From assembly GCA_014238225.1 (NCBI GenBank), contig JABABL010000004.1:1-62538 (forward strand): 62,538 nt of DNA, written 5' to 3'. The notes beneath the pieces were generated by a model, which was given only the letters and a program-made list of their open reading frames with translations, did not search any database and had not been told where the DNA came from. Both the position numbers and the translations under genes were made by a program. Below, piece after piece: positions 1-12,206 of this stretch; position 1 is the stretch's first letter; every line of letters starts with the position of its first letter. The stretch is from Mycoplasmatales bacterium. Lineage in GTDB: Bacteria > Bacillota_I > Bacilli_A > Mycoplasmatales > JABAAY01.

Positions 1-1488
1 TCCTCCTTCAGTTGTTATAAAAATCGAATTTTCTAATATCCCAATAACATTATCGCCAGTAACAAATAGTGGATCAAAAGAGGGATTACTCAAAATAATA
101 GAGGTCATTGCAGTAACACTAGTATCTACAATTCTTACTGCCGTAAATAATGCATCCCACAACACTTGCGCACTACTTACCCCGCCCGGTGGCCTAGACG
201 TTAAACCATTAATACCCCTTGCTTCATTTAATAAGGTTTCACCGGGAGTTGGTATAGCTATTAAAGAGCCTACAGGATTATTAACAACGGGAGTTGAGGC
301 AAATTGACCAGTTGTTTCGTTTACAGAAATACCTGTAATTACAATTTCTGTATTCAAGTTAGAATATGTTGTTATTCGTCCACCCTCTGTAGTAAAAGTC
401 ATGGTTCCAGGATTAATTGTTGCTACAGTATTGCTTGTATTAGTAAATACAAAAGTATTAAGACTTGTGATGCTTATATTAGTGATTGCACTTATGTTTA
501 TATCAACACTATCAGTAAATGCATTAACAAATGCTTGATATAATAAAAAACTATTAGTTCCCACAGAAGGGGGATTAAAAGAACCTGTTCCGTTTAGTCC
601 GCGAGCTGCTCCAGTAATAACTTCGTTTGCAAAGTAAACAGGAGAAAGGCCACTAACTGAACTTGAGGTAGTAGAAATAGCGTTACCTGTGACAAAAATA
701 TTAGAAATCACAAAATTTTGATTTGAATTGTTAAAAAGATTTACGCCACTACCATCGGTATTTAAAGAGAGGATGTTTTGGTTTATTGTTATTTCAGAAC
801 CCGAAGGAGAAACCCGAACTTCTTGCATTTGTTGTGACTGCGGAACAGATAAATTGATAGAAGAAACGACAGTGGTTGAAGAGTTTGGTTCCAAACTTTG
901 AATTTGCTGCAGAATTATTTCATAAAGAGCTAATTGATTAACATCTGTTGGAGCATTAACTCCGTTTAGACCATTAATTAAAGAAATGAATGTGTCTTGT
1001 ACAAATTCACTGTTCGTTGTTGAGGGAACTAAAGAATCCGAAGAAATCATTAAATTTATAAGCGAATCGCCGAGTGTTGTTATATTGGAAAAAATTAAGT
1101 TAGTTGAATTTACATAAGTTTCATACGTTCCTCCGGCTACTCCTATTGTCATTGTATTTGCAGCAATCACAACGGTGTTTTCGGTGCGGTTGATAGTGAT
1201 TGAAGATACAGGGGTTAAAACATTAATAGAATTAATGTTTTGAATGTCACTTTCATTGTTTGTTTGCAAGTTTTCTAAAATAGTTCTAAAAATTACACCT
1301 TGATTACTAGTTGGGTTGGGAATGACTGCTGTTTCGCTTAATGCAATTAATGCAGACTGAACTATGTCTTCGCTGGATAATCCACTAGGGGGTGTGTTTC
1401 CACAGGCTTGTGCTATCGAAGCAGTCGCTATTCCTCCACCTACAGCAGCACTTGTTAGAGCTGCAACAATAGTGGATTTCTTTTTCAT
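1..1488 (-). CDS. Large surface lipoprotein with ~120-aa degenerate repeats (partial; 3' end runs off the window)
   Basis: Manual translation: MKKKSTIVAALTSAAVGGGIATASIAQA-C29 (basic N-region, hydrophobic H-region, lipobox-like AQAC). Frame is open for 496 codons to the window edge and is N/S/T/I-rich. Not in the ORF track because there is no stop in the window. Confidence 0.85.
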   Translation of the reverse strand, partial: MKKKSTIVAALTSAAVGGGIATASIAQACGNTPPSGLSSEDIVQSALIALSETAVIPNPTSNQGVIFRTILENLQTNNESDIQNINSINVLTPVSSITINRTENTVVIAANTMTIGVAGGTYETYVNSTNLIFSNITTLGDSLINLMISSDSLVPSTTNSEFVQDTFISLINGLNGVNAPTDVNQLALYEIILQQIQSLEPNSSTTVVSSINLSVPQSQQMQEVRVSPSGSEITINQNILSLNTDGSGVNLFNNSNQNFVISNIFVTGNAISTTSSSVSGLSPVYFANEVITGAARGLNGTGSFNPPSVGTNSFLLYQAFVNAFTDSVDINISAITNISITSLNTFVFTNTSNTVATINPGTMTFTTEGGRITTYSNLNTEIVITGISVNETTGQFASTPVVNNPVGSLIAIPTPGETLLNEARGINGLTSRPPGGVSSAQVLWDALFTAVRIVDTSVTAMTSIILSNPSFDPLFVTGDNVIGILENSIFITTEGG

Positions 1489-1495
1489 ATAATTA

Positions 1496-1501
1496 ATTAT
1501 A
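1496..1501 (-). promoter_or_regulatory. -10 box (TATAAT) 7 nt upstream of the lipoprotein ATG
   Basis: ATTATA on + strand at 1496-1501 in the divergent intergenic region. Confidence 0.5.
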
Positions 1502-1551
1502 AATGTTTATAAGAAAAAGATAATTAAAAATATATTTGTGATATTTCTATT

Positions 1552-1557
1552 TACAAT
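1552..1557 (+). promoter_or_regulatory. -10 box (TACAAT) 6 nt upstream of rsmE ATG
   Basis: Same 6-nt spacing recurs at many genes in the window. Confidence 0.5.
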
Positions 1558-1563
1558 AAAACA

Positions 1564-2253
1564 ATGCAACACTATTTCGTTCCTAAAAAAGAAGATGAAA
1601 AAGTTTTTTTCTACGAGTTAGATATTTTTCATATTAAAAAAGTAATGCGTTTTAAAAATAATCAGAAAGTAATAACTATCAATAACGGTTATCACTATGT
1701 TACAGAATTGGTGATTAAAAATTCTTCTGTTGTAGGAAATATTGTTGAAAAACTGGACGTGAATAATGAGAACATTAACAAAACATCAGTATTTGTCTCA
1801 ATTCTCAAACCCAAAAGATTTAATTATTTAATTCAAAAAGCTTCTGAATTAGGAGTTAATGATATTTTCCCGGTTATTTCGGAACGCACTGTAACAAAAT
1901 TTAATTCCGAAAAAGAAAAGGAAAAAAAGATAAAACAATGGAGATGAATTGCGAAAGAAGCGGCGGAACAATCCGAGAGAAACTACATCCCAAGAATTCA
2001 TTCCATAAAAACTATTGATGAGATAAAACCCGGACCAAGCGCGAATTATTTAGCCGATACAAAATTACGAACAACAATGACTAAAAATATTCAAACAGTA
2101 GATGAAACATGTTGTGTTTTTGGTCCAGAAGGAGGATTTAGTTCGAATGAGATTGAAATCCTTCATGAAAAGGGATTTAGTAGTATTTCTCTAGGGAAAA
2201 GGATATTGCGATCCGAGACCGCTCCTGTTGTTTTTCTTACACTATTTCTCTAG
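1564..2253 (+). CDS. rsmE: 16S rRNA m3U1498 methyltransferase
   Basis: HIKKVMR, QKASELGV, AKEAAEQSER, FGPEGGFS and LGKRILRSETAP motifs; TGA read-through to TAG at 2251. Confidence 0.95.
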
Positions 2254-2255
2254 AA

Positions 2256-3068
2256 TTATAGTTCTAAGTCTTCGGCTGCTTCTTCATCTAGTAGTCATCA
2301 ACAATTAGGATGTTGAAATAAAATAGTTGCAGGTACTTTTAAAGTGGGTTTTTTGTCTTTATAAGAAAAAATCTCTTTTAAAATTTCATTTTTTATTTTT
2401 CCAGTTACAGTCATAAATATTTCTTTGGCATTCATTATACTTTTTATTCCCATGCTAACAGCATAGTGGGGAACATTGTCTCCTTTACCATCAAAATATA
2501 GGTGTGCATTTCTATCGATAGTTTCGTTGTGTAATTTAACAAGATGTGTTTCTGAATCTCAAGGAGTACCGGGTTCGTTGAAGGCAATATGGCCATTAAC
2601 TCCCAATCCAAGAAGTTGAAAATCTAATCCCCCCCTGCTTTCGATCATTCGATCATAACCTGAAAAATTATGATAGTCCATATTCTTTCCTGAGTCAAAC
2701 TCTTTACAAATTTGTTGTGTGTAATTTTCATGCTCACAAAATGAATAAGGAAAATATGTACTCCTTAAATCAATGTTAAGGCGATGAAAAAAGTTATTAT
2801 CCATATAATATTTATAACTTTGTACATCATCGTGCATTAAACCTACGTATTCGTCTAGATTAAATCCTGTTACTCTTGCATAACAAGTGTTATTTTTTTT
2901 TGCAATACTAGCGATGGCATTATAGTTTGAAACCTGCGAAGAACCTGTCGCCAAACCCATAATTAATCCGGGGTTTTCATGAACCATTTTATCAACTCTT
3001 TCGCCCAAAAAATATGCTAATTCTTCTTTTGTTTTGAATATTTTTACTTTTGTTTTCATTTTCTGCAC
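2256..3068 (-). CDS. nagB: Glucosamine-6-phosphate deaminase
   Basis: GLATGSS, FNLDEYVGL, LGLGVNGHIAFNEPG motifs; reads through TGA to TAA at 2256; alternative ATG at 3059. Confidence 0.95.
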
Positions 3069-3220
3069 TTTTCTTTCTTTTACTAACTCATTCTACAATG
3101 AAATTTATTCGTTAGAACAAATATATCAAATTAATGCTGCAGAAAAACAAGGAAAAAATTGTCTTTGGAAATAATAAAATAATTACAATAATAAACTTGT
3201 TTAGTCTTTATAATGAAACA

Positions 3221-3793
3221 ATGCTACAAAAATTAAGAAGACAATATCGAATTTGAAGTTTTTTGGTTTATTTATCACTGGCAATGATTTTAACAAGCGT
3301 TACAATTTCTCTATTCACTTATAATCAAGTTTTTTCAACACCCTTGCCGCGAGAGAGTGGATTAATAATATATTCCGTTTTCTTGTTTTTAGCAATTTTA
3401 TTTTATGGTTTTTATTTAATTCTTTCTCTTTCATATAAAAAGAAAACAGCAAGAAAGATCTTTAATTATTCGCTTGTATCTGTTATTAGTTATAGTTTGG
3501 TTTTACTTTTTGCATTTTTACAAACGTATTGATTTAGTATTTTTTCTGAACCTGCATCCTTTGCAGTGGTTATTCTGTTAATTGTTGTTCTTGGCATCAT
3601 AATATTGGCATCTGATTCAGTCATGTTAATCGAAAAAACAAGAATATTGGCTAGAATTGAAATTCAAGAGAAAAATAAAGTGGTTACAGAAAAAGGAAAA
3701 GATAATCTAGAAAAAAAGGAATGATGAACAAACAAGGAAAAAGTGAAGATAAATAATAAAAAACTCAAAGAAGACCAATATTTTAATGATTAA
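3221..3793 (+). CDS. Hypothetical membrane protein (~4 TM helices, Lys/Glu-rich C-terminal tail)
   Basis: Code-4 open frame from ATG 3221 to TAA 3791; four hydrophobic stretches; TATAAT at 3209-3214. Confidence 0.75.
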
Positions 3794-5114
3794 CCCTTTA
3801 AAAACTTTCGCCATACATACTCTAGGTTGTAAAGTAAACACATATGAGAGCGATTACATTCACCAAAGTTTAGAACAACAGGGTCTAAAATCAGTGTCCT
3901 TTTCTGATAATGCGGATGTTTACATAATAAATACTTGCAGCGTCACAAATACAGCTGAAAGCAAAAGCAGAAATTATATTAAGCGTGCTCGTAAACGAAA
4001 TCCTAATGCTATAGTTTGTGTAATTGGTTGTTATAGTCAAATTAAAGCACAGGAAATTAAGAAAAGCAAATTAGCAGATATTATTTTAGGTCAAAACAAA
4101 TACGATTTATGAAAGTTTATAAGACAATTTTCTAAAAATCCTAAAACCATAATAGAAATAGAGAAGTTATACCAACGCGATGATAAGAAAAAAACTGAAT
4201 TTCAAGAAAAAATTGTTTCTGCGTTTGTGACAAGGACTAGAGCATTCATTAAAATTCAAGAAGGTTGTAACAATTTTTGCACGTTTTGTATCATTCCTTA
4301 CACACGAGGAAAAATGAAAAGCAAACCTAAAGAATTAATTTTTAAAGAAATAAATAACGTTGTAGAAAAAGGGTGCAAAGAGGTTGTTCTAACAGGAATT
4401 CACACAGGCGGTTATGGTGAGGACTTAGATGATTACACTTTTTCCAAATTATTATGGGATATCGAAGCTAATTGTAAAAATTTGCAACGTTTACGTATTT
4501 CATCAATTGAAATTACTCAGATTGATGATTTATTCGTTGAATTCCTTAAGAATAGTAAGATTTTAGTTGACCATCTTCATATACCAATTCAAAGCGGAAG
4601 CGAAAGAATTCTTCAAAAAATGAGAAGACATTACAATAAAAAGGAGTACCTAGACACAATTAACAAAATAAGAGAAATCAAACCATTAATCAGTATTACA
4701 ACAGATGCAATTGTTGGATTTCCTACTGAAACAGACAAAGAATTTTCCGAATATTTAGATTTTGTAAGACTTATTAATTTTTCAGAAATGCATGTTTTTC
4801 CATACAGCAAAAAAGACCGAACCCCTGCAGCTTTTATGGAACAGGTATCGGAAGAAACTAAAAAAACAAGAGTTAATAAAATGTTGAGACTAAACGATGA
4901 ATTAGCAGAGGCATACATAAATAAGAACATGAATAAAAATCTTGATATTTTATTTGAAAACGGAAAAGAAGTTGGGAAGTATGTTGGATATACAACCAAC
5001 TATATTAAAATAGTTGTGAGTAGCGAAGAAAATTTAGTAAATCAAATTAGGAAAGTTAAAATTACTGCTCCTCACTACCCCATATCTGAAGGAGAATTAG
5101 TTTATGGCATTTAA
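3786..5114 (+). CDS. mtaB: tRNA ms2t6A37 methylthiotransferase (radical SAM)
   Basis: TLGCKVNTYES, INTCSVT, QEGCNNFCTFC (CxxxCxxC), HVFPYS and a C-terminal TRAM-like region. Confidence 0.93.
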
Positions 5115-6951
5115 AAGAAAACCAGCAATAAAAAAACGCAAACCAGATACAATACTTGTTGGTGGTGGGCTTACTAGTTTAATTTCTGGTGCTTTTCTAG
5201 CGTGTCGCGGCTTTAAAGTGATAATTTTTGAAAAAAATAGTTCTGTTGGCGGAATGCTTGCATCAAGAAATAAAGTGATCAATCAAAAAAAATACAGTAT
5301 TCCTGGTGCTATTCCTTTGCTGCCTGCGTTGGAACACCCCACCATGAAGAGTATTTGAGAATTCACTAAGATTGGCTCAGTTGTAAAATTTCAAAAAGCT
5401 AAACAAATAACCGTTTTGAAAAACAACACTTCTGAAAAGCTTATCCCTAATGATTGAGTTATGCTTCAAAAAAGACTAAAACAGAAATTCCCTAAAAGTT
5501 CTGATCTAATAGGTAAATTTTTTAATTCTTTGAAAAAAGTTTATGCTGACTTATCTAGAAGTTTTTATTTTCACGAAGACGAAAAATATATAAATGGTTT
5601 CGAGTTTCTTAAGAATTTTTTCAAAAATGAAAGCCTTGCTAATGAAATTATTCTAATATCTAATGCTTTTGATTTTGAATCCGAAAAATGTAATAGTCGT
5701 GAATTAATGTATAATTTGGCACTTTACTTGATAGGCGGTGTATATGAAATATTGGGTTCTCCTCACCAAATTGTTGAAAAACTTTCTGGAATTATCGAAG
5801 CGTATGAAGGAGATATTTATACAAAAACTCCCGTGGAAAAAATTATGTGAAAAAATAACCTGGTAACAGGTGTAGTCGCAAATAATAAAGTATGAAGAGC
5901 GAAAAAATATTTAATTAACGCCCCTCTTCCTTATGTAGTAAAAAAATTAGTTCAAGTGAAGTCCGTTAAATTGAGCAATTATGAGAAGTTATTAGAAGAA
6001 AATGATGGGACTCTTTTTACTTTAACAATGAACTTTTACACATCTCAAAACTGAAGGAAGTTCGGATTTTATAAACCAAATTTCGTGGTGAACCCTTCGG
6101 AAAATTTTATTAAACAACATTCATGTTTGCAAGCAATATCTGGTAAAACTAAAACAATTAAAATAACAAATAACGAATTAATTTATGATTCTGGCGATAG
6201 AACCAGAAAGCCATTAAGTGTACATATTCAAACCACTGAAAAACAATTAGCGGATTTAAAAATAAAGAAAATGGATTCGTTTGCTGACCAAATTTTTGAC
6301 TATTTAAAAACCATTTGACCAATGCTTAAGACCATTCAATATCAGACAATTGTCGAAGGATTGCAATATCAGAAAAAAACATTAAATTCTTTATCTGGTA
6401 GTGATTACGGATTTGCCAATGATTCAAAAGTTTTTTGAGGAAATTATACATCTCAAACACCACTATTAAATCTGTATGTTGGTTCTAGATATGGATACCC
6501 TGGACCAGGAATTGCAAGTGCTTTTTTTGGTGGTGTGTTTGTTTCAAATTTAATGCTAATAAAAATCAATAAATCAAGTCAGAAACTATATAAACCAGAT
6601 TATCTTGACGGAGAAAATTATTTAAATTACATGATTAATGTTCACAGAACTATTCCTAAGAAATTACATGGTAAAAAATTAGGGATTACTTTCGATAAAG
6701 AGAACAGTTTTATTATTTCTTTTAATAAGGATAACACTTGTGTTTTGAAAAAATCTGAATTTGATGGAGCTCTAAATGAAGAGTTTTTTTGCTATGCAAC
6801 ATTGGCTAATTTTAAATCGTTATATACACACCGATTATCCATGTTTCTAGCTACTTTCCAAAATAAAATTCGTTTAAAAGGTAAGCTAAAAACATTTAAA
6901 ATAGCATTGAGGACATTAGGTTGAAATCGAACAAGAAAGGAATATTATTAA
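5104..6951 (+). CDS. FAD-dependent oxidoreductase (phytoene desaturase CrtI/retinol saturase-like) with putative C-terminal SCP2-like domain
   Basis: One 615-aa code-4 ORF. N-terminal VGGGLTSL...IFEKNSSVGG dinucleotide fold; TPLLNLYVGSRYGYPGPGI resembles the CrtI C-terminal motif; tail ...SMFLATFQNKIRLKGKL resembles SCP2. Confidence 0.7.
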
Positions 6952-6952
6952 T

Positions 6953-7594
6953 ATGGAACTTAATAAATATATAGACAACACAATTTTAAGGGCGGATGCA
7001 AAAGAATCTGATATTGAAAAAATATGCAAAGAATCAGTCAAGCATGATTTCAAATCGGTTTGCGTTAATCCTTTATGAGTGAAGTTAGTTAGAAAACTGC
7101 TGAAGGGGTCGACAGTACTTACTTGTACAGTTATTGGTTTCCCATTGGGAGCAAACACAATCAAGCAAAAAGTCAAGGAAACAAAACTTGTCATCAAAGA
7201 TGGAGCACAAGAAATAGATATGGTTATTAACATTGGTGCTGCTGTATCAAAACAATGAGATTACTTGTTAAAGGAAATTAGTGCTGTTAAGAAAGCATGT
7301 AAGGAATTAACATTGAAAGTTATTGTTGAAACAGCATTATTAGATACAGCAACAATTGCTAAATTAACAAAAATCGTTAATGAATCTGGTGCAAACTTTA
7401 TAAAAACATCCACTGGTTTCTCGACTAGTGGTGCAAAGATATCGGATGTACAAACAATGAACAAAAACAGAAATGAACACCTTATGATTAAGGCTTCTGG
7501 CGGAATTAAAACAAAAGAAGATGCAATGAAAATGATAAAAGCTGGTGCAAATAGACTAGGAACATCATCGGGTATCCAGATAATAAAAAAATAA
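6953..7594 (+). CDS. deoC: Deoxyribose-phosphate aldolase
   Basis: [48 protein letters not shown]. Confidence 0.97.
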
Positions 7595-7604
7595 AAGGAA
7601 AAAA

Positions 7605-9260
7605 ATGAATAACAAAATAAAAAAAGAGTGATTGTCTAAAATCACAGATACAAAAATAAAAGAAGAAATAGAATCAATGAGTGATGCAAAAATTGCGAAA
7701 TTCTTTGATAAACCAGGAAAGTTTGGAACCGCTGGAATTAGAGGAGAAATGGAGTGGGGTCCTGGAGGGATGAATATATTTACTATCCAACGCGCTGCCC
7801 TAGCATATGCAGACTTCTTGTTATTAGAAGATAAAAGCAACGCCTCAAAAGGAATTATTATTGGTCATGACAATAGGCATAAAAACATAGAATTTACCGA
7901 AACAGTAGCAGCTGTGTTTCAAGGGAAGGGTTTCAAGGTTTATCTACCAAAAAACAATGAATTAAAGCCGACTCCTTATATTTCTTATTGTGTTAATCAC
8001 TTAAAAGCCGCGGGAGGAGTTATTATAACTGCTAGTCATAATCCACCGCAATACAATGGCTTTAAGGTATACGACCATGGCGGAGCTCAGTTGCTGCCTG
8101 AAAAAACAAATAAAATTTCCGAGTTAATGGCGGAGGAAAGTAACTATTTTAATACTGATTTGAGTATGGATGAAACTAAAATAAAATACATCGATGAAGA
8201 TGTTGAAAACTTATACATAGACGAAATAATTAAATCTTTACAATTTCATCCTGAACTAGAAAAAAAAGCATCCATTACTTTTTCAAGTATGCACGGAACA
8301 AGTTTTAGATTTTTAGAGAGATTGTTTCAAAAAATGAACTATAAGTTTGAATATGTCAAGGAGCAGGCAGTCTATGATCCTAATTTTTCTGCTACTAAAA
8401 ATCCAAATCCTGAGATACGTTCTAGTTTTGAACTTGCTGCTAAATATTCTGATGAAAGCAATAGTGACTTAGTAATAATTACTGATCCCGATGCTGATAG
8501 AATTGGTGTAGCTTTTAGGCATGAGGGGAAACTAATATACTACTCCTTTAATATTTTAGCTGGTATACTTCTTGATTATTACTACTCTAACTTGAAAAGA
8601 GTGAATAGATTGCCGAAAAATCCATATGTAACAAGTACATATGTGTCTGGAACTTTTTTCGATACAATTGCTAGAGATAATGGTCTAATAGTTAAAGAAA
8701 CCCTTAGTGGTTTTAAGTGAGTTGGTCATTTATTAAATGAAGAAGAAAAAGAAAAAAATGGTAAGTTAGACTTTGTTATGGGTTATGAAGAAGCTTTTGG
8801 TTGTGTTTTAGTACCTACTACAAGAGACAAAGATTCAATTCAAGCGGCTTGTTTGTTTGCCGACATGGTTAATTACTACCTAAACAAAGGAAAAACACTA
8901 AAGAATATTATGGATGACCTGGGAGAAAAGTATGGCACCTTTGCAGATGAACAACGTGTGAAATTTTTTGAAGGACCTACGCTTATGGATGATATGAACG
9001 AATATGTCAATAAATTAAGAGAAACACCCCCAACAAAAATTGGTTCAATGAACGTAATGAAAATGGTTGATTTCAAAGAACCTATATTTGAATTAGGCAG
9101 AGATAATCTTTTAATGTTCTGATTCGATAAATACTCCTTTGTTGCGGTAAGACCTTCGGGTACAGAACCTAAAATTAAGGTGTACGCATCCATAAAAGGT
9201 AAAACTTACAAAGATGCGCAAGCAAAAGTTCAAGAAGCTTTAAATCATTTCATAAAGTAA
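7605..9260 (+). CDS. Phosphohexomutase (phosphoglucomutase/phosphomannomutase/phosphopentomutase family)
   Basis: FGTAGIRG, TASHNP, DPDADR, GYEEAFG, RPSGTEPKIK. Confidence 0.93.
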
Positions 9261-9290
9261 ATATTTAAAAATTTCTTTCCTAAATATTAA

Positions 9291-11336
9291 GTGTTAGAGA
9301 AGGAATTAAATTTTATTCAAACAGAAGAATCAGAATGTGGAATTGTTTGTATTTTACATTTACATTACTTATTCTTTCAACGAAATATACCAAAATCACA
9401 AATTAAAAGTTTTGAGCATGTTCCTGAAAAGGGTCTAAATCTCAATAGTTTAAGTTTTATTGGTAGACAATTAGGTGTTTCAATTAGTTGATTTAAAGTA
9501 GATTATGATGCATTTCGAAAGAGAAAGCTAAAACATTCTATTGTTTTAATAAAAAAGAAAAATGTTTTTCACTATGTTATAGTCAATAAAATTAAACATA
9601 ACACCGTTTTTTTTGTAGATCCAAACTACACAGAAATACAAACTATGTCATCGAAAGATTTTGAAAAAATTTTTCGAAATACAGTTGGAATAACTAGAAA
9701 GTCAAACTTCAATTTATTCTACATAAATCAACTTAGCGGAATCCAAACCAAGAGTTTTGCAGATGTTTTCAAGCAATTTTTTAATTATCGTGTGTATATA
9801 GTTTTTGTTTTTTTATCATCTTTTATAGTATTTCTCTTAGGATTGTTTTCCGGTTTATATTTGCAAATAGTATTAAACACAATCATCCCAAATAATTTAA
9901 CTACATTGTTATTAAGTGTGTCAGGAATTTTCATATTTACCACTATTTATAAAAATATTTTTGATTTTCTTATGAAACTGTATTTGTTTAAAATTCAATC
10001 CTTAATTGAAGGAGATTTTGAATATTTTTTTCAACAACAAATATTTTTAAAAACCAGTGTGTTTATTCAGAATACGGAGCCAAATCTTTACTTTCAACGA
10101 TTAGGAAACATTGGAGAATTAATTACTAATGAATTACAAAAAAGAATTTTTGTTCCCATAAATTTAATCATAGGAGTGATTTCAGTAGTTATTATTTTCA
10201 CAATAAATATTTATCTTGCTGCTGTGTCATTATTTTTTGTAGTCATAATTTTATTACTAATAAATCTGTTTATAAATAAAATAGTGACATCAAAGAAGAA
10301 CGTATTAAAAATTACTAATAAAAAAAGATCCCTTCTAACTAAAGTGTTTTTCAATAACGCCTCGATTAAAGGGAAAAATGATAGTGATAAAATTGCTGAT
10401 CAACATTCTACAATACTGAAAAAATATATTTCTACAGTAACTAAAGATCATTGAATTAATTCATTTTTTGTCTTCAACAATTCCTTGTTTTCGGGAGTAT
10501 TGAGTGTTCTAATTGTTTTTCTTGGAACAGTATTTATTATCGCTAACCAATTTACTGTGGGTTCTTTATTCTTTTTCACTACAATTTTTGGTATTTTTCA
10601 ATCATCTTCCTCTCAACTCTTCAATTTTCTTGTCAATATAAAAAAAAATAAAGTTAACTTAGAGTTAATAAATGACTTTCTTAACTCAACAACAGTAGAA
10701 TTTTACAAGGGAGTTAGTGAAAAAGTTAATTTTCATAAAATACTATTTAAAAATATTTCTTACTCCTACGAACATAGTAAAAAAATTCTCAACGGACTTA
10801 ATGGTGAAATAACTTCAAACTTATTAATACAAGGAGGAAATGGAACTGGTAAATCAACATTTTGTAAAATAATTGCAGGTATTCATACGCTTCAAAATGG
10901 AGAATTATTAATTGATGACATTTCAATTAGTGATATTTCTCACTATTATCTAAGAGAAAATATTTTATATATTTCTTCCAATTCTATAATTATAGAAAAC
11001 ACAATTTTTGATGCGATAAAAGACTTTCTGTTCACGTTGCAAGAAACAGAAAGAAGTTTCTTGTTATCGTTGTTACAAGAGATGAAACTAAACTTAAAAC
11101 ACGACATTGAATGAGATGGGAGCAACTTATCTGAGGGTCAAAAACAATTTATTAATTGTCTACCTATTTTTAATACAAAAAGCAAAATTTTAGTTTTAGA
11201 TGAGGCATTCTCCAATATTAGCATTCTGATAGTGAGAAAAATAATATCACATTTGTCAGCCAGGGGAAAAGTGATAGTTTACGCAACTCACGAGAAAGGT
11301 GCAGAGGATTTATTTCAGAAGCAATTATTATTATAA
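9291..11336 (+). CDS. Peptidase-containing ABC transporter (C39 peptidase + TMD + NBD)
   Basis: QTEESECG (catalytic Cys), FHYVIV (His), FVDPN (Asp); 6-TM-like region; Walker A GGNGTGKS, signature LSEGQ, Walker B LVLDEA, H-loop ATH; 681 aa in code 4. Confidence 0.9.
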
Positions 11337-11722
11337 TGAAAAAGAATTTTAATAAAACAATTTGAATTTTTACGTCTGTTGCGAGTTCATTTGCAATAAT
11401 TTTTAGTCTATTTCTTATTTTGCTTCCGATTGAAGTTACCACAACAAAAACAATTCAAGTTACATCTCGAAATGATGTGGTGCTTTTAATTCCGGCTAAT
11501 GAATTACAAAATTACGATGATAAGAAAACCCTTAGCGGAAGTATTGATAATACTGAATTGCTTTTCAATATATTTAGCATAAGTATTAGTGAAAGCAATC
11601 CTTCAATTTATGAATTAGTCTTAACAACTACTAGTGACTTAAATTTCATTCCCGGTACAGTTTTACCTTTTAACATAGTGCTATCGAGTGTTAAATTGTG
11701 AGAATATTTATTTTTACTATAA
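11336..11722 (+). CDS. Single-TM protein translationally coupled to the C39 ABC transporter (putative export accessory factor)
   Basis: ATG overlaps the transporter TAA (TAATG); N-terminal TM followed by a beta-rich domain ending VKLWEYLFLL. Confidence 0.7.
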
Positions 11723-11729
11723 TAACTTT

Positions 11730-12206
11730 GTGAATAGAATTATTATTGTCAATAACGAATCAAAGACTACCATCAAAGAACAAGATGTAAAAAATCTTAT
11801 TGAAGGTTTTGGAAATTATCAACTAAAACAAAAAGACTTTTGATTCACACTACATTTCGTAAAAGCAAAAAATATACAAAAAATTAACAAGGAATATCGC
11901 AACAAAAACCAGGTTACAGATGTGATCTCATTTAATACAACCGACATAGAGAACGAAATACTTGCAAAACATAATCAAAAAAAAATCAGTGTTTCTGGTG
12001 AAATTTTTATTTGCGTAAAAAAAGCGAAGGAAAATTCTTTAAAAATAGGACAAAGTTTACAAGAAGAATTGAATTTTTTAATGATGCATGGGTTTTTGCA
12101 TATAATTGGTTATAATCATTTAGAGTCAAAAGAAGAAAAAATAATGATTAAAACTCAAAGAAAATTAAGAAAAAAAATGAAGATGCAGGGTAAATGAGTT
12201 TCCTAG
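11730..12206 (+). CDS. ybeY: rRNA maturation endoribonuclease YbeY
   Basis: NKEYRNKNQVTDVISF, GEIFIC, HGFLHIIGYNH; GTG start 6 nt after TATAAT. Confidence 0.93.

Noticed and set aside
304-543. Cys-rich 79-aa + strand ORF resembling a RiPP or toxin
   Set aside because: Antisense shadow of Thr/Ala codons in the lipoprotein on the - strand.
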